Translations under genes and position numbers: made by a program
Assembly (NCBI GenBank): GCA_004431415.1
Contig: QPMI01000222.1
Span: 88,033-152,032 of the forward strand
Reading direction: 5' to 3'
Origin: Cyanophora paradoxa CCMP329
Taxonomy: Eukaryota > Plantae > Glaucophyta
DNA: 64,000 nucleotides
Notes under the pieces: model-generated
Seen by the model: only the letters and a program-made list of their open reading frames with translations
Told to the model about the DNA's origin: nothing
Database searches by the model: none
Shown: piece after piece, positions 36,144 through 51,100 of the stretch
Layout: each line of letters starts with the position of its first letter
How positions within the stretch are numbered: the first letter of the stretch is position 1

Positions 36144-39100
36144 ATGGGAGACAAGGTGCGCACAACGAGTGTTTCGCGCCCGCTGAGCTTAGCTCCGCTG
36201 GCCGCCGCCGCGGCCGGCTTCCAAGCGCAACTTTCTTCGGACTAAGCCGGCGGCACGCAGGGGAAGGGCGAGGGTGGCGGAGAGGACCCTCGTATCAAAT
36301 GGTTCGAGGAACGCGTGATGGCGAGCCTCAAGCCGAAGCCCGAGAAGTGGAAAGGCACAGTAACGTCGGCCGAGGGCGGGTGCGTCGCCCTAGGGCCCGC
36401 TTCGCCGCGCAGACGAGTGCTTTTAGTGTGCCTAACAAGATTCCGCGCAGCCGCGCCTTCTCGGAGTTCATGGACAACTCCGAAACTCGGCGTTTCCTGA
36501 TCTACGACGACGGTGGCAAGGACGCGCTGAAGGCCACGTGCGGGGCTCCGACTAGCATCAAGAGGAAGGTGCGGACGCGCGCTTTCGCCGAGCGGTCTGT
36601 TTTCCGCCGTGCTGACCCGGCCCCGCACTCGCAGGGCCTGTACTTCTTGAAGAAGCGGGCGGCGACCCTCACCATCGATAACCTGAAGGAAGAAGTGATT
36701 GTTGGCGATCTGACGACCAACGTGCTGCAGCAGCTATCGCTCATCTCGCAGGAGGTGCGCTTGAGCCCGAAGCCCGCTCCGCACGCTTCCGCCCGCGCGC
36801 GCTGCTCACGCGCCGCCCCGCAGGTCTTGCTGCCGCTTCTTTCGAACACGAAGAACCAGCAAGGATGGCCGGATGTCATTTCGAAGGAGGTCATGGACAA
36901 CTTCCACCGCTTCGTCGGGAGCGTGTACGTCACGATAGGCCAGACGCAGGTCCGCGGGCCTCCCTCCCGCCGCGCGCGCGCGCGATCCTTAGCTCCGCGC
37001 AGGGCAAGACGCTGCTGCCGCTCCCGCCGGCGGACATGATCAACATCGAGAAGGCCGTGAACGACAAGGAGAAGATCCACAGATTAGAGTCCTCTGTGGT
37101 CTCCTGGACGCACCTGATCAAGGCGCGTCCGCTCTTGGGGGGGCGGCGCCGCGGGCTGCTCACGGCTTCCTTTTGCGCAGACCGTGCTGCGCTCCGACCC
37201 GGAGTCGATGTTCCGGGGCGGGAAGAACCCGGGCCCGACCGCCGAGGTCGAGTTCTGGGTCAACAAGGCCGCCAACCTGAACTCGATCCACGAGCAGCTC
37301 TCGGGCGACAAGATCCAGAAGGCGAGCGGGCCGCCTTCCTTTCCCCTCCGACCCGATCCCCCAATGTTACCAACGGGGCGCGGGCGGCTCGGCAGGTCAT
37401 GAAGATCCTGGAGCTGACGAAGAGCACGTACTTCCCGGCGTTCGGGCGGCTCATCAAGGAGGTGGCGCAGGCCAAGGTCGAGGCCAACGACAACGCCAAG
37501 TTCCTGCGCGCCCTCGAGAAGACCTTCGGCAAGCTCACCGCCGTGCGCCCCGCCCGGCCCACGCTTTTCCCCTCCCGCTGCGGCGCTCTGTCCGTGCGTG
37601 CCTGAACCGGCCCGGTTCGCAGATCGGGCAGCTGAACGAGATGACGGACGTCTTCAAGCCGATGATGCACCAGATCATGCTGGTCTGGAAGCACTCGCAG
37701 TACTACAACACGAGCGGGCGCCTCGTCGTCCTCATGCGCGAGATCTGCAACGACATCATCGAGCAGGCCCGGTCCTTCGTCAACGGGCACGAGATCTTCA
37801 AGATCGAGCCGCAGGACGCCGTGGACCGCCTCAAGATGACCATCAAGGTCCTCACCGCCTTCAAGCAGACGTACCTCGAGTACAAGCAGCGGGTCGCCCA
37901 GGAGTGCCCCTCCAACCCCTGGCGCGTCCAGGTCCGCCCGCTCGCTCGCTCCACGCCCGCCCCGGGCGCCGCCCCTCTCTCCCCTCCCAACGCCGAGCGC
38001 AGAACTCGGCGCTCTTCTCGCGGCTGGACTCGTTCATGGAGCGCTGCCACGACATCCTGGACGTCGCGCAGACCGTCGTGCACTTCAACAAGCTCGAGCG
38101 CATCGAGATCGGCGGCACCAAGGGCCGCACCCTCTCCGCCTCGGTCCGCCAGATCTACTCGGACTTCCAGCAGGCCTTCGCCCAGTTCCAGAACGTGACG
38201 TACGACGTCCTGGACGTCGAGATCAAGGTGCGGGGGGCGCGCGCCCCGCCGGCCCGACAGCCCGCCCCCCCGCTCACGCGCGCCGCCCCGCCCGCCCCGC
38301 CCCGCCCCGCAGTCGTTCGACGACGATAACTACAAGTTCCGGCTGATCATCAAGGAGCTCGAGCGGCGGCTCGGGTCCATCCTCACGCAGGGCTTCGACG
38401 ACTGCAACACGGTTGCTGGCGCCTTCAAGCTCATCGACTCGTTCGAGGGCCTGCTCGAGCGCGAGATCATCCAGGCCGACCTCGAGAAGAAGCACGCCGA
38501 CCTGATCAAGACGTACGGCGAGGACCTCAAGAAGGTCCAGGAGCAGTTCCACACCTACAAGGCCGACCCGCCCCTCTACTTCAACATGCCCCCCGTCGCC
38601 GGCGCCCTCTACTGGTGCAGGGGCCTCATCCAGCGTATCGAGGAGCCCATGGAGAAGTTCAAGGGGGTACGCGTCCCCGCCCGCCCGCCAAGCCGCCCGC
38701 CCGCTCCGCCGCGCGCGGCCTGATCCGGCTTGAGCAGATGGGGAAGATGGTGCTGGAGAGCGAGGAGGGCAAGGAGGTCGTGAAGACGTACACGACGATC
38801 GAGAGCGCGCTGAAGGAGTACCAGTACACGCGGTACCACGAGTGGGAGAAGGGCGTGGAGGACGTGAGCCAGGAGAAGCTCAAGCAGTCGCTGCTGCGGC
38901 GCTCCAAGCAGAACCAGAAGCTCCTGCACGTCAACTTCAACCCCGCCCTCGTCCGCCTCCTCCGCGAGGTCAAGTACTTCACGCTCCTCGGGGTGCGCCG
39001 GCCCCGCCCCGCCCGGCCCCACCCGCCCCGGCTTGCGCGCGCGCGCCTGGGCCCGTGCTGAGCGCCGCCTTCCTTCCTTCTCGCAGCTGGAGATCCCGGA

Positions 39101-42100
39101 CTCGGCGATGCAGATCTACAAGAAGGCGGAGACGTTCCGCACGCAGATCGGCAACCTGGAGCTCATCGTCAACACGCACAACCAGATCCACACGACGATC
39201 CTGGAGGTCGAGAAGCCGCTGCTGCAGAAGCAGCTCTCCGAGATCGACAAGCTGCTGGAGAAGGGCCTGAAGCACCTCAACTGGAAGTCGCACGGCATCG
39301 GCGACTTCATCAGCGAGGCGATGACCAAGGTCAAGGCGGCGCACAGCACGCTCACGACGCTCAAGACGGACGTCGCCGCCATCCAGAAGATCCTCGACGC
39401 CTGGTCCTCGAACCCCCTCTTCCAGCGCAAGGAGAGCAAGACGTACACGCCGGAGGAGATCCTGGCGGCGCACATGGACCTCATGGACCGCCGCTTCGGC
39501 GTCATCACCGAGGGCGGCAACGAGATCCACAAGCTCCTCGGCAACTCCAACAAGGTCCTCAAGGTCTCCAAGGGCGCCCAGGCCTGGAAGGTCTACGTCG
39601 ACTACGTCAACGACGTCGTCGTCCAGGTGCTTGCTCCCGGGCGGGCTTCGCCGCGGCGTTCCCGCGTTCGCTCGATCGCTGACGGCTCCGCCTTCCGCGC
39701 AGGGCATCGCCGCGACGCTCATCGCGTCGCTCAAGTACCTGGGCAACCAGTGCGACCCGGCGTGGATCGTCAAGACGGAGGCGTCGCCGCTGCTGGAGGT
39801 GAAGCTCGAGCTGGAGGGCAAGGAGGTCATCTACCAGCCGGAGCTGGGCCTTACGGCGAAGAAGGACGGCGTGCGGGACCTCCTCTCGCGCTGGATCTCC
39901 GACTTCTTCAACATCGCGACGCTCGTGAAGCGCCTGGACACCGGCGACGGCGACTACATGCAGGAGACCAAGGAGAACGAGGAGGTGCTCGTCCTCGTCA
40001 ACTCGATCGGGCAGCTCGTCGCCGACAACGAGGACAAGTGCAACAAGTTCCGCGAGCAGTTCCTCGCCTACTCGTACCTCTGGACGCAGGACCTCAACCA
40101 GACCTTCCAGGAGTTCCTCGACTCGACGGCGGCGGAGAACAGGCAGCCGAACCTCGACGAGTTCGAGAAGAAGATCGCGCAGTACAAGCCCATCGGCGAG
40201 GCGATCCACGGGCTGCCCTCCGTCATGAACATCGGCTGGCTCCGCATCGACGCCAAGCCCATCAAGCAGGCGCTGTCGACGTGGATCTCGAAGTGGGCGT
40301 TCCTGTACATCAACTTCCTGTCGCAGCGCGTCATCAACTCGGTCAAGGACCTGTACGCGTTCATGGCGCGGGTGGAGGCCGGCATCGACGCCGAGGTCGG
40401 CGGCAGCGGCTCGCAGGTCCTCATGGACGTCATGGGCCTCATCCGCGACGTCCGCGTGCGGACGGAGGCGACCGACGAGATGTTCGAGCCGATGCGGCAG
40501 ACCGTCCAGCTCCTGAGGAAGTACGACACGCACCTGCCGGACCAGACGCTCTCGCAGCTCGACGAGGCGCCCATCAACTGGACCAACACGAAGAAGCGGA
40601 CGATGGCCGCCAAGGAGCGCATCGCCACCATCCAGAACAACGAGGCGGAGAAGATCAAGACCAAGGTCTCGCAGTTCGCCGACCGCGTCTCCTCCTTCCG
40701 CTCGGACTTCAAGCGCCAGGCCTTCTTCCGGTGGTCCGAGGACGTCGACGAGTCGTACAACCTGCTCGACCGCTACAACGCCGAGCTCTCCGCCATGGAG
40801 CAGGAGTCCAAGAACCTGAACGACCTGCAGGAGCTCTTCGAGCTGACGGTCTCGAGCTACAAGGACATCAAGGACATGCGGGCGGAGATCATCGTGCTGA
40901 AGCAGGTGTGGGACATGGGCAGCCTCGTCGTCTCGACCTTCAACGACTGGAAGAAGACGCTCTGGGACAAGATCGACGTCGACTTCCTCACGGAGGAGAC
41001 GCGCAAGATCATGAAGGAGGTCAAGATGCTCAACAAGCTCTCCAAGGACTGGGAGTGCTACAAGGGCCTGGAGGACTGCGTCAAGAACCTCCTCACGTCG
41101 CTGCCGCTCGTGCAGGACCTGCACTCGCCGGCGATGCGCGACCGCCACTGGAAGCAGCTCATGCGGGCGACGGGCGTGCTCATCCAGATGGACGCCAACT
41201 TCTCCCTCGCCGACCTCCTCGCCCTCAAGCTCCACGAGTACGTCGACGCTGTCGCCGAGATCGTCGACCGCGCCAACAAGGAGCTCATCATCGAGAAGAA
41301 CCTCACCAAGGTGCGCCGCGCCGCGGCGGGCCCCGTCGCGCGGCCGGCGCCCGACCCGCCCCGCAGATCGAGGCGACCTGGGCGAACCTGTCGCTCGTCT
41401 ACGAGGAGTTCGAGGGCTCGGAGACGCTGACGATAAAGGCGCCGGACGACGTCGTCGAGGCGAAGGAGGACAACCTCGTGCAGCTGCAGAACATGATGGC
41501 CGGCAAGTACGTCGCCAACAACCCCGACTTCCAGGAGCAGGTGCGGGCCCGCTCGGAGGCACTCTCTTTCTTTGGCCTCCGCCGCCGCTCACGCCGCCCG
41601 CCCGCCTCCGCCAGGTCGGGAAGTGGCAGCGGAAGCTGGGCGCCGTCGACACGGTGCTCACGACGTGGCTGGACGTCCAGAAGAAGTGGATCTCGCTGGA
41701 GTCCATCTTCATCGGGTCGGCGGACATCCGCACGCAGCTGCCGGAGGACTCGAAGCGCTTCGACGCGATCGACGCCGAGTGGAAGGAGCTGATGAAGGAG
41801 GCGCACAACCAGACGAACGCCGTCGAGGCCTGCAACGTCGACGGGCGCGGCGCGCGCCTGGAGGCCATGCTCGCCGGCCTCGAGAAGTGCGAGAAGGCGC
41901 TCGCCGACTACCTCGAGACGAAGCGCATCGCCTTCCCCCGCTTCTACTTCGTCGCCCCCGCCGACCTCGTCGACATCCTCTCCAAGGGCTCCAACCCGCA
42001 GCTCATCCAGAAGCACCTCTCCAAGTGCTTCGACAACATCCAGAAGCTCAAGTTCGAGGAGGTGGACGGCAAGCCGACCAAGAACGCCATCGGCATGTAC

Positions 42101-45100
42101 TCCAAGGAGATGGAGTACGTCGCGTTCCCGACGCCCTTCAAGTGCGAGGGCGCCGTCGAGACGTGGCTCTCGGGCCTCGTCGAGGCGATGCAGAACGCGC
42201 TGAAGCACGTCCTGAACGAGGCGGCCAAGGAGTACGACGAGCACCCGCGCCAGAAGTGGCTCTTCCGCTTCTGCGCGCAGATGGTCATCGTCGTGTCGCG
42301 CATCATCTACACGGAGGACGTCGCGCGCTGCTTCGAGCAGCTGGAGGAGGGCAACGAGATGGCGATGAAGGACTACAACAAGAAGCAGATCGACCAGCTG
42401 GCGTCCCTCTCGGAGCTCATCATCAGCGACCTCACCTCCAACGACCGCCGCAAGGTCATCACCCTCGTGACCGTCGACGTGCACGCCCGCGACGTCGTCT
42501 CCAAGCTCATCACCGACAAGTGCGACAAGGTCGACTGCTTCCAGTGGGTCTCGCAGCTCCGCTACACCGTCGACGAGAACACGAAGATCTGCCGCATCAA
42601 CATCTGCGACTTCGAGATCAACTACCAGTACGAGTACATCGGCAACTGCGGCTGCCTCGTCATCACGCCGCTCACGGATCGCTGCTACGTGACCCTCACC
42701 CAAGCCCAGCGCCTCGTGCTCGGCGGCGCGCCGGCCGGCCCCGCCGGCACGGGCAAGACGGAGACGACGAAGGACCTGGCGCGCGCCATCGGCATCATGT
42801 GCTACGTCTTCAACTGCTCGGACCAGATGGACTACAAGTCCATGGGCCAGATCTACAAGGGCCTGGCGCAGACCGGCGCCTGGGGCTGCTTCGACGAGTT
42901 CAACCGCATCCCCATCGAGGTCCGCCGCCGCCCGCCCCGCCCCGCCCCGCGCGGCGGAACCATGGACCGGACCTGACCGCTCGGCCCGCCGCGCCCCGCA
43001 GGTGCTCTCCGTGTGCTCGACGCAGTACAAGTCGATCCTCGACGCCATCCGCTCCAAGAAGAAGCGCTTCGTCTTCGAGGTGCGCATTAGGAAGCGTCCG
43101 AACCTGAGCGTTCGAGCGGCGCCGCCTGACCGTCCCTCTCGCCCCGCGCAGGACGAGGAGATCTCGCTCAACCCGACGGCGGTGGCGTTCATCACGATGA
43201 ACCCCGGCTACGCCGGCCGCACGGAGCTGCCCGAGTCGCTCAAGGCGCTCTTCCGCCCCGTCGCCATGATCGTGCCCGACATGGACCTCATCACCGAAAT
43301 CATGCTCTACTCCGAGGGCTTCCAGAACGGCAAGATCCTCGCCCGCAAGTTCATGATCCTGTACCGCCTCTGCCAGGACCTCCTCTCGAAGCAGGACCAC
43401 TACGACTGGAAGCTCCGCGCCATCAAGACGACGCTGAACGTGGCCGGCGGGCTGAAGCGCTCCGACCCGGAGCTCTCCGAGGACCGCGTGCTGCTGCGCG
43501 CCCTCCGCGACTTCAACATCGGCAAGATCGTCACGGACGACATCCAGATCTTCATGGGCCTCCTCGAGGACCTCTTCCCCAAGACCCTCGAGCTCGTGCC
43601 CCGCAAGCGGGACCAGCAGGTCGAGGACATCGTCAAGGAGAGCGCCAAGGAGATGGGCCTGCAGCCCGAGGACAAGTTCGTCCTCAAGATCGTCCAGCTC
43701 CGCGAGCTCTTCGTCGTCCGCTGGTCCGTCTTCCTCCTCGGCCCCGCCGGCTGCGGCAAGACCCAGGTCCGCGAGGCCCCTTCCTCGCTGCTGCTCTTGC
43801 GATCGGCCGGCACATGCCGACGCCCCCGGCCCCGCAGGTGTGGAAGACGCTGCAGCGGGCCCAGGCGAAGCTCGGCGAGAAGACCGTGGCGTCGTGCCTG
43901 AACCCCAAGTCGGTGACGCGCAACGAGCTGTACGGCTACATCAGCCAGGCGACGCGCGAGTGGAAGGACGGCCTCATCTCGCAGATCTTCCGCGACATGG
44001 CGAACACGACGAACATCCCGCACCAGTGGATCATCCTCGACGGCGACATCGACGCCGAGTGGATCGAGTCGATGAACACCGTCATGGACGACAACAAGAT
44101 GCTCACGCTCGCCTCGAACGAGCGCATCCCGCTCACCAACTCGATGCGCCTGCTCTTCGAGGTCGGCGACATGCGCAACGCGTCGCCCGCCACGGTCTCC
44201 CGCGGCGGCGTCATCTTCATTAACGACTCGGACATCGGCTGGCACCCGTTCGCGGAGACGTGGATCTCCAACCAGCAGGGCCAGAAGCTGCAGACGATCC
44301 TGCAGGAGCTCTTCCACCGCTACGTGCAGCACAGCCTCGACTTCTGCCGCAAGAACTTCAAGTACGTGACGCCGCTCGTGGAGATCAGCCAGGTCTCCTC
44401 CCTCTGCTACATCCTCGAGGGCCTCTTCGCCCAGCACGACGCGGCGAACAAGCCCCCGCTCGGCCAGGTCCCCCCCGGCACCGGTGCGCCGCCCCGCCCC
44501 GCCCCGCCCCGCCCCGCCCCGCCCCGCCCCGCCCCGCCCCCCTCGCCTGACGGCCCGGCCCGCCCTGCAGACGCGAACAACCAGGCGGCGCAGGCGAACG
44601 CCCAGCTGCTCGTCGAGCACTACTTCGTCTTCTCGGCGGTGTGGGCCTTCGGCGGCGCGCTCCTCACCGACAAGCAGAACGACTTCCGCGCCGAGTTCTC
44701 CAAGTGGTGGAAGGGTGCGCCGCGCCCGCCCTCCGCCGCCGCCGTCTCCGCGTTCGTTCGCCTCCTCCTCACCCGGACGCCCGCGCAGAGGAGTGGAAGG
44801 TTGTCAAGTACCCCGACGGGGGCACGGTCTTTGACTACCTCGTGGACCCCGACGCGCTGGCGATGGTCGGCTGGGTGGACAAGGTGCAGTCGTACACGCC
44901 CATCTCGGGGACGCTCTTCGCGAACATCTTCGTGCCGACGCTCGACACGACGCGCCTGACGTACCTGCTCGACCTCCTCATCCCGCGCCGCCACCCGGTG
45001 CTCTTCGTCGGCAACGCCGGCACGGGCAAGACGACGATCATGAAGGACAAGCTGCGCTCGCTGGACACGGACGTCCTCATGTCGATCGCCGTCAACCTGA

Positions 45101-48100
45101 ACTGCTTCTCCGACTCGATGTCGCTGCAGCTCATCATGGAGCAGCCGCTGGAGAAGAAGACGGGGCGCCAGTTCGGCCCGCCGGGCTCCAAGAAGCTCAT
45201 CTACTTCGTCGACGACCTCAACATGCCGTTCGTCGACAAGTACGGCACGCAGCAGCCGATCGCGCTGCTCCGCCAGCACATGGACTACCAGAGCTGGTAC
45301 GACCGCGCCAAGCTGCAGCTCAAGGAGATCCACAACTGCCAGTACCTCTCCTGCCTCAACCCGACGGCCGGCTCCTTCACCGTCGACCCGCGCCTGCAGC
45401 GCCAGTACGCGACCTTCGCGGTGCAGATGCCGACGAGCGCCGACCTGCTCACCATCTACGAGAGCATCCTCAAGGGCCACCTCGCGCGCTTCGACCCGAC
45501 GGTCGCCGGCATGGGCCGCAACATCGTCAAGGCGACGATCGACCTGCACAAGCAGGTCGCGGAGACGTTCCTGCCGACGGCCATCAAGTTCCACTACATC
45601 TTCAACCTGCGCGAGCTCTCGAACATCATGCAGGGCCTCTGCCTCTCGACGTCGGAGTACTACTCGAGCCCGCTCATGATGGCGCGCCTGTGGAGCCACG
45701 AGTGCGAGCGCGTCTTCCGGGACCGTCTCGTCTCGGAGAACGACACGCAGCGCTTCGACGAGATGATCGCCGACGTCTCCAAGAAGTACTTCGAGGAGGT
45801 CGACCAGGCGGCCATGAGCGCCCGCCCGCTCATCTTCGCCGGCTTCACGACGCCCTCGTCCGACGACTCCATCATCTACGTCGCCGTGCCGGACTACGCC
45901 AAGCTGCGCAAGGTCCTGGAGGAGAAGCTCAACGAGTACAACGAGGCGAACGCCGTCATGAACCTCGTGCTCTTCGAGCAGGCCATGGAGCACATCTGCC
46001 GCATCACGCGCATCATCCAGAGCCCGCGCGGCAACGCCCTCCTCGTCGGCGTCGGCGGCTCCGGCAAGCAGAGCCTCGGGCGCCTGGCGTCGTTCATCTG
46101 CGGCTACGAGACCTTCCAGATCTCGGTGACGCAGACGTACGGCGTGACCGAGTTCAAGGCCGACCTGACGCAGCTCTACATCAAGACGGGCGTCAAGGGC
46201 TTCGGCATGTGCTTCCTCATGACGGACGGCCAGATCGTCGACGAGCGCTTCATGGTCTACATCAACGACCTGCTCTCGTCGGGCTACATCCCGGACCTCT
46301 TCCCGCCGGAGGAGCGCGACAACATCGCGAACCAGGTCCGCAGCGAGGTGAAGCAGGCCGGCCTCGTCGACACGCGCGACAACTGCTGGGACTTCTTCAT
46401 CGAGAAGGTCCGGAAGAACCTCCACGTCGTCCTCTGCGTGAGCCCCGTCGGCGACAAGTTCCGCGTCCGGGCCCGCCAGTTCCCCGCCATGATCTCCAGC
46501 ACGGCCATCGACTGGTTCCAGGAGTGGTCGCAAGAGGCCCTCGTCTCGGTCGCCAACCGCTTCCTCCGCGAGATCGAGGCCATCGAGCCGGAGCTGCGCG
46601 AGTCGATCGCGCACCACATGGCCTTCGCCCACAACAGCGTCACCCAGGCCTGCCAGCTCTACCTCGAGGCCGAGCGCCGCTACAACTACACGACGCCCAA
46701 GTCCTTCCTCGAGCTCATCGCCCTCTACAAGACGCTCCTCCACAAGAAGCGGGAGGAGATCCAGGTGCTGAAGAGCCGCCTGGAGAACGGCCTGAACAAG
46801 CTCAAGGACACGGAGGCGATCGTGGCGGACCTGCAGGTCGCCCTCAAGGCCGACCAGATCGTCGTCGAGGAGAAGAAGGCGTCGGCGAACGCGCTGCTGG
46901 AGCAGGTCGGGCAGGAGACGGCCATCGCCGAGGAGGAGAAGAAGTCGGCGCAGGTCGAGGAGGACGCGTGCGCCGTCATCCAGGCCGACGTCGCCCAGAA
47001 GGCGGCGGACTGCGCGGAGGACCTCGCCAAGGCGGAGCCCATCATCCAGCAGGCCGAGGCGGCCCTCAACTCCCTCGACAAGAAGTCGCTGACGGAGCTC
47101 AAGGCCTTCGCCAGCCCGCCCATCGAGGTCGTCTCCGTGCTCGGCGCCGTCATGATCCTGACGGCCCCCGGCGGCAAGGTCCCCAAGGACATCTCGTGGA
47201 ACGCCGGCAAGAAGTTCATGGGCAACGTCGACGCCTTCATGAAGCAGCTCCTGACGTTCGACAAGGAGAACATCCCCGACAACTGCGTGACGGCCTGCGA
47301 GCAGAAGATCGTCTCCGACAAGCTCGACGTCGACGTGATCAAGACCAAGTCGGCGGCCGCCGCCGGCATGTGCTCGTGGTGCGTCAACATCTGCAAGTAC
47401 TTCCGCATCTACCAGGACGTCGCGCCCAAGCGCGCGCGCCTGGAGGAGTCGAACCAGAAGCTCGCGGCGGCAAACTCGAAGCTCTCGGTCGTGCGGGCGC
47501 GCGTGGCGGAGCTGGAGGCCCGCCTCGCCGCCCTCACCGCCAAGTTCGACCAGGCGACGGACGAGAAGCTCAAGGCCATCGCGCAGGCGGAGAAGACGCA
47601 GACGCGCGCCAACCTCGCCGACCGCCTCGTCAACGGCCTCGCGGACGAGAAGGTCCGCTGGACCGAGTCGATCGAGCGCTTCAGCGTGCTTGAGCGGACG
47701 CTCATCGGCGACGTCCTCCTCTCTTCGGCCTTCGTCTCGTACATTGGCGCCTTCAACATGCGCTTCCGCACCATGCTCGTCACCGAGAAGTGGCTCCCGG
47801 ACCTCATCGAGCGCCAGATCCCGCTCACGGAGGGCATCGAGCCGCTCACGAAGCTGACCGACGAGGCGGAGATCGCGCGCTGGAACAACGAGGGCCTCCC
47901 CGCCGACCGCCTCTCCGTCGAGAACGGCGCCATCGTCTGCTCGTCGGGCCGCTGGCCGCTCATCATCGACCCGCAGCTGCAGGGCATCAAGTGGATCATG
48001 AACCGCGAGCAGAAGAACGGGCTCAAGATCATCCAGCTCTCGCAGGCCCGCTACGTCGACGCCATCGAGAACGCCATCCAGAATGGCATGCCCGTCCTCA

Positions 48101-51100
48101 TCGAGAACCTGGGCGAGAACATCGACGCCGTGCTCGAGCCCGTGCTCTCGCGCTCCACCATCAAGAAGGGCCGCCAGGTCTACATCAAGCTCGGCGACAA
48201 GGAGGTCGAGTACGACCCCAACTTCCGCCTCTACCTCCAGACCAAGCTCCCGAACCCGCACTACAAGCCCGAGATCGCGGCGCAGTGCACGCTCATCAAC
48301 TTCACGGTGACGGAGGAGGGCCTGGAGGACCAGCTGCTGGCCATGGTCGTCAACAAGGAGCGGCCCGACCTCGAGGCGACGCGCGCCGACCTGCTCAAGC
48401 AGCAGAACGAGTTCAAGATCACGCTCAAGGAGCTGGAGGACAACCTCCTCTTCCGCCTCTCCAACGCGCAGGGCGACATCCTCTCGGACATCGACCTCAT
48501 CGAGAACCTCGAGAAGACGAAGCGGACGGCCAAGGAGATCGCGGAGAAGGTCGAGATCGCGAAGGAGACGGCCAAGTCCATCTCGGCGGCGCGCGAGGCG
48601 TACCGCCCCGTCGCCATCCGCGGCTCCCTCATCTACTTCCTCATCGACTCCCTCAACGTCCTCGACCACATGTACCAGGTCCGCCGGCCCGCCCGCCCGC
48701 CCGCCCGCCCGGCGCCGAGCCCCGGCCTCTGTTGTTCGCCCCGCTCACGCCCCGCCCCGCCCCCTCGCAGTTCTCGATGGCCAACTTCGTGACGATCCTG
48801 AAGAAGGGGATGGACCTCTCGGCGGACGACCCCGAGCTCGCCAAGCGCGTCGAGAACCTCATCGAGACCTCCTGCTACACCGTGCGCCCGCCCTCTCCTC
48901 CGCTCGGTCTGCTGCGCTCCGCTGACGCCGCGGCGCGCGCGCAGGTCTTCGCATACGTGGCGGCCGGCCTCTTCGAGCGGCACAAGCTCATCTTCGGCTC
49001 GCAGCTCGCGATCCGCATCCTGCAGAAGCGGGGCGAGATCGACCAGGCGATGCTCGACTTCCTGCTCCGCGGCCCGCGCACGATGGGGGAGGACAACCCC
49101 TGCGCCGAGTGGCTCTCCGACTCGAGCTGGAACGCGCTGCTCACGCTCAAGGAGTTCGAGGTCTTCGAGGCGCTCCCCGCCGACGTCGAGGGCTCCGCCA
49201 AGCGCTGGCGCGAGTGGTGCGAGCTCGAGCGGCCCGAGAAGTGCGTGCAACCCCCGCCCCCGCTACCCGCCCCGCCCCGCCCCGCAGAGCGCGCGTGCTG
49301 AGGCGCTTCTACAGGGAGCCCTTCCCCGGCGACTGGAAGAAGCTGGCGAACGAGCCGTTCCTGAAGCTGCTGCTCATCCGCGCGCTCCGCACGGACCGCA
49401 TGACGGACGCCATGGCCTCGTTCGTCGGCTCGACGCTCGGCAGCCGCTACATGAACACGCAGCCGCCGGGGCTCGAGGTCTCGTACCAGGACGCGCGCCC
49501 CGACACGGCCGTCTTCTTCATCCTCTCGCCCGGCGTGGACCCCGTCAAGGAGGTCGAGCTCCTCGGCAAGAAGTTCGGCATGACGTACGAGTCGGGCAAG
49601 CTCGCCAACGTCTCCCTGGGGCAGGGCCAGGAGCCCATCGCCGAGCGCGCGCTGGAGAAGGCGCACCGCTCGGGCGGCTGGGTCGTCCTCCAGAACGTCC
49701 ACCTCACGCCCCGCTGGACGGGCGGCTACCTCGAGAAGCGCATGGACAAGGTCGGCTAGGCTCGGCTCCGCTGTGCTCTCTCCTCTGGTTTCCTGACGCG
49801 CGCGTCTCTGCCGCAGATCGCGGACGGGGCGCACGAAGATTTCCGCCTCTTCCTCTCGGCCGAGCCGTCGGACGTGATCCCGATCAACATCCTGCAGTCG
49901 TGCATCAAGCTGACGAACGAGCCGCCCGAGGGCCTGCGCCCGAACATGACGCGCGCCATGCGGGCCTTCGCCGAGGAGATGTTCGAGAACAGCACGAAGC
50001 AGTCCGAGCTCCGCACCATCGTCTTCGCTCTCTGCTTCTTCCACTCGGTGCTGCTGGAGCGCAAGAAGTTCGGGCCGCAGGGCTGGAACATGAAGTACCC
50101 CTTCAACATCGGCGACCTGACGGCCTCCGCCATGGTCTGCAACAACTACCTCGAGAGCAACGCCAAGGTCCCGTGGGAGGACCTCAAGTGCGCTGCCCCC
50201 GCCCTCCGCTGTTCCCCGCTCGCTCGCTGGACTTCACATCTGATCGGTTTCTCGCCCCCACCCAGGTACATCTTCGGGGAGATCATGTACGGCGGGCACA
50301 TTGTGGACGACTGGGACCGCCGCCTCTGCAACGCGTACCTGAACGCGTACATGAAGGAAGAGCTCCTGGACGGCCTCGAGCTCTTCCCCGGCTTCCCCGT
50401 CCCCAAGCCCATGAACCTCAAGGCGTACGCCAAGTACGTCGACACGACCTTCACGGCCGAGTCGCCCATCTGCTTCGGGCTCCACCCCAACGCCGAGATC
50501 GGGTTCCGTCTGGAGCAGGCCGAGACGCTCTTCCGCAACATCGTGGAGCTCCAGCCCAAGACCGCCGGCGCCGGCGCCGGCGGCCTCTCGCTGCAGGACA
50601 AGGCCAAGCAGTCGCTCGACGACATCATGGAGAAGCTGCCGGACATGTTCCCGATGGAGGAGATCGTGGAGCGGGTCGAGGAGCGCACGCCGTACATCAA
50701 CGTGTTCCTACAGGAGATCGAGCGCATGAACTTCCTCCTCAAGGAGATGAAGCGCTCGCTCGCCGAGCTCGACCTGGGCCTGCGCGGCGACCTCACCATC
50801 TCGGAGCCCATGGAGCGGCTCATGCACAGCCTCTACAACGAGCGCGTGCCCGACACGTGGGAGAACAAGGCGTACCCCTCGCTGCGCCCGCTCTCCTCGT
50901 GGGTGCACAACCTGCTGGAGCGGATCAAGCAGCTCACCGACTTCGCGGCCGATCTCCAGCTCCCGAAGGTCACCTGGCTCTCCGGCCTCTTCAACCCGCA
51001 GTCCTTCCTCACCGCCGTCATGCAAACGACGGCGCGCAAGAACGACTGGCCGCTCGACAAGACGGTCATCCAGACGGAGGTGACGAAGAAGACGTTCGAG

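Noticed and set aside
44620-48669. 1349-aa and other long antisense or alternate-frame ORFs over the dynein gene
   Set aside because: Shadow ORFs caused by extreme GC3 bias of the sense strand; no recognisable domains.
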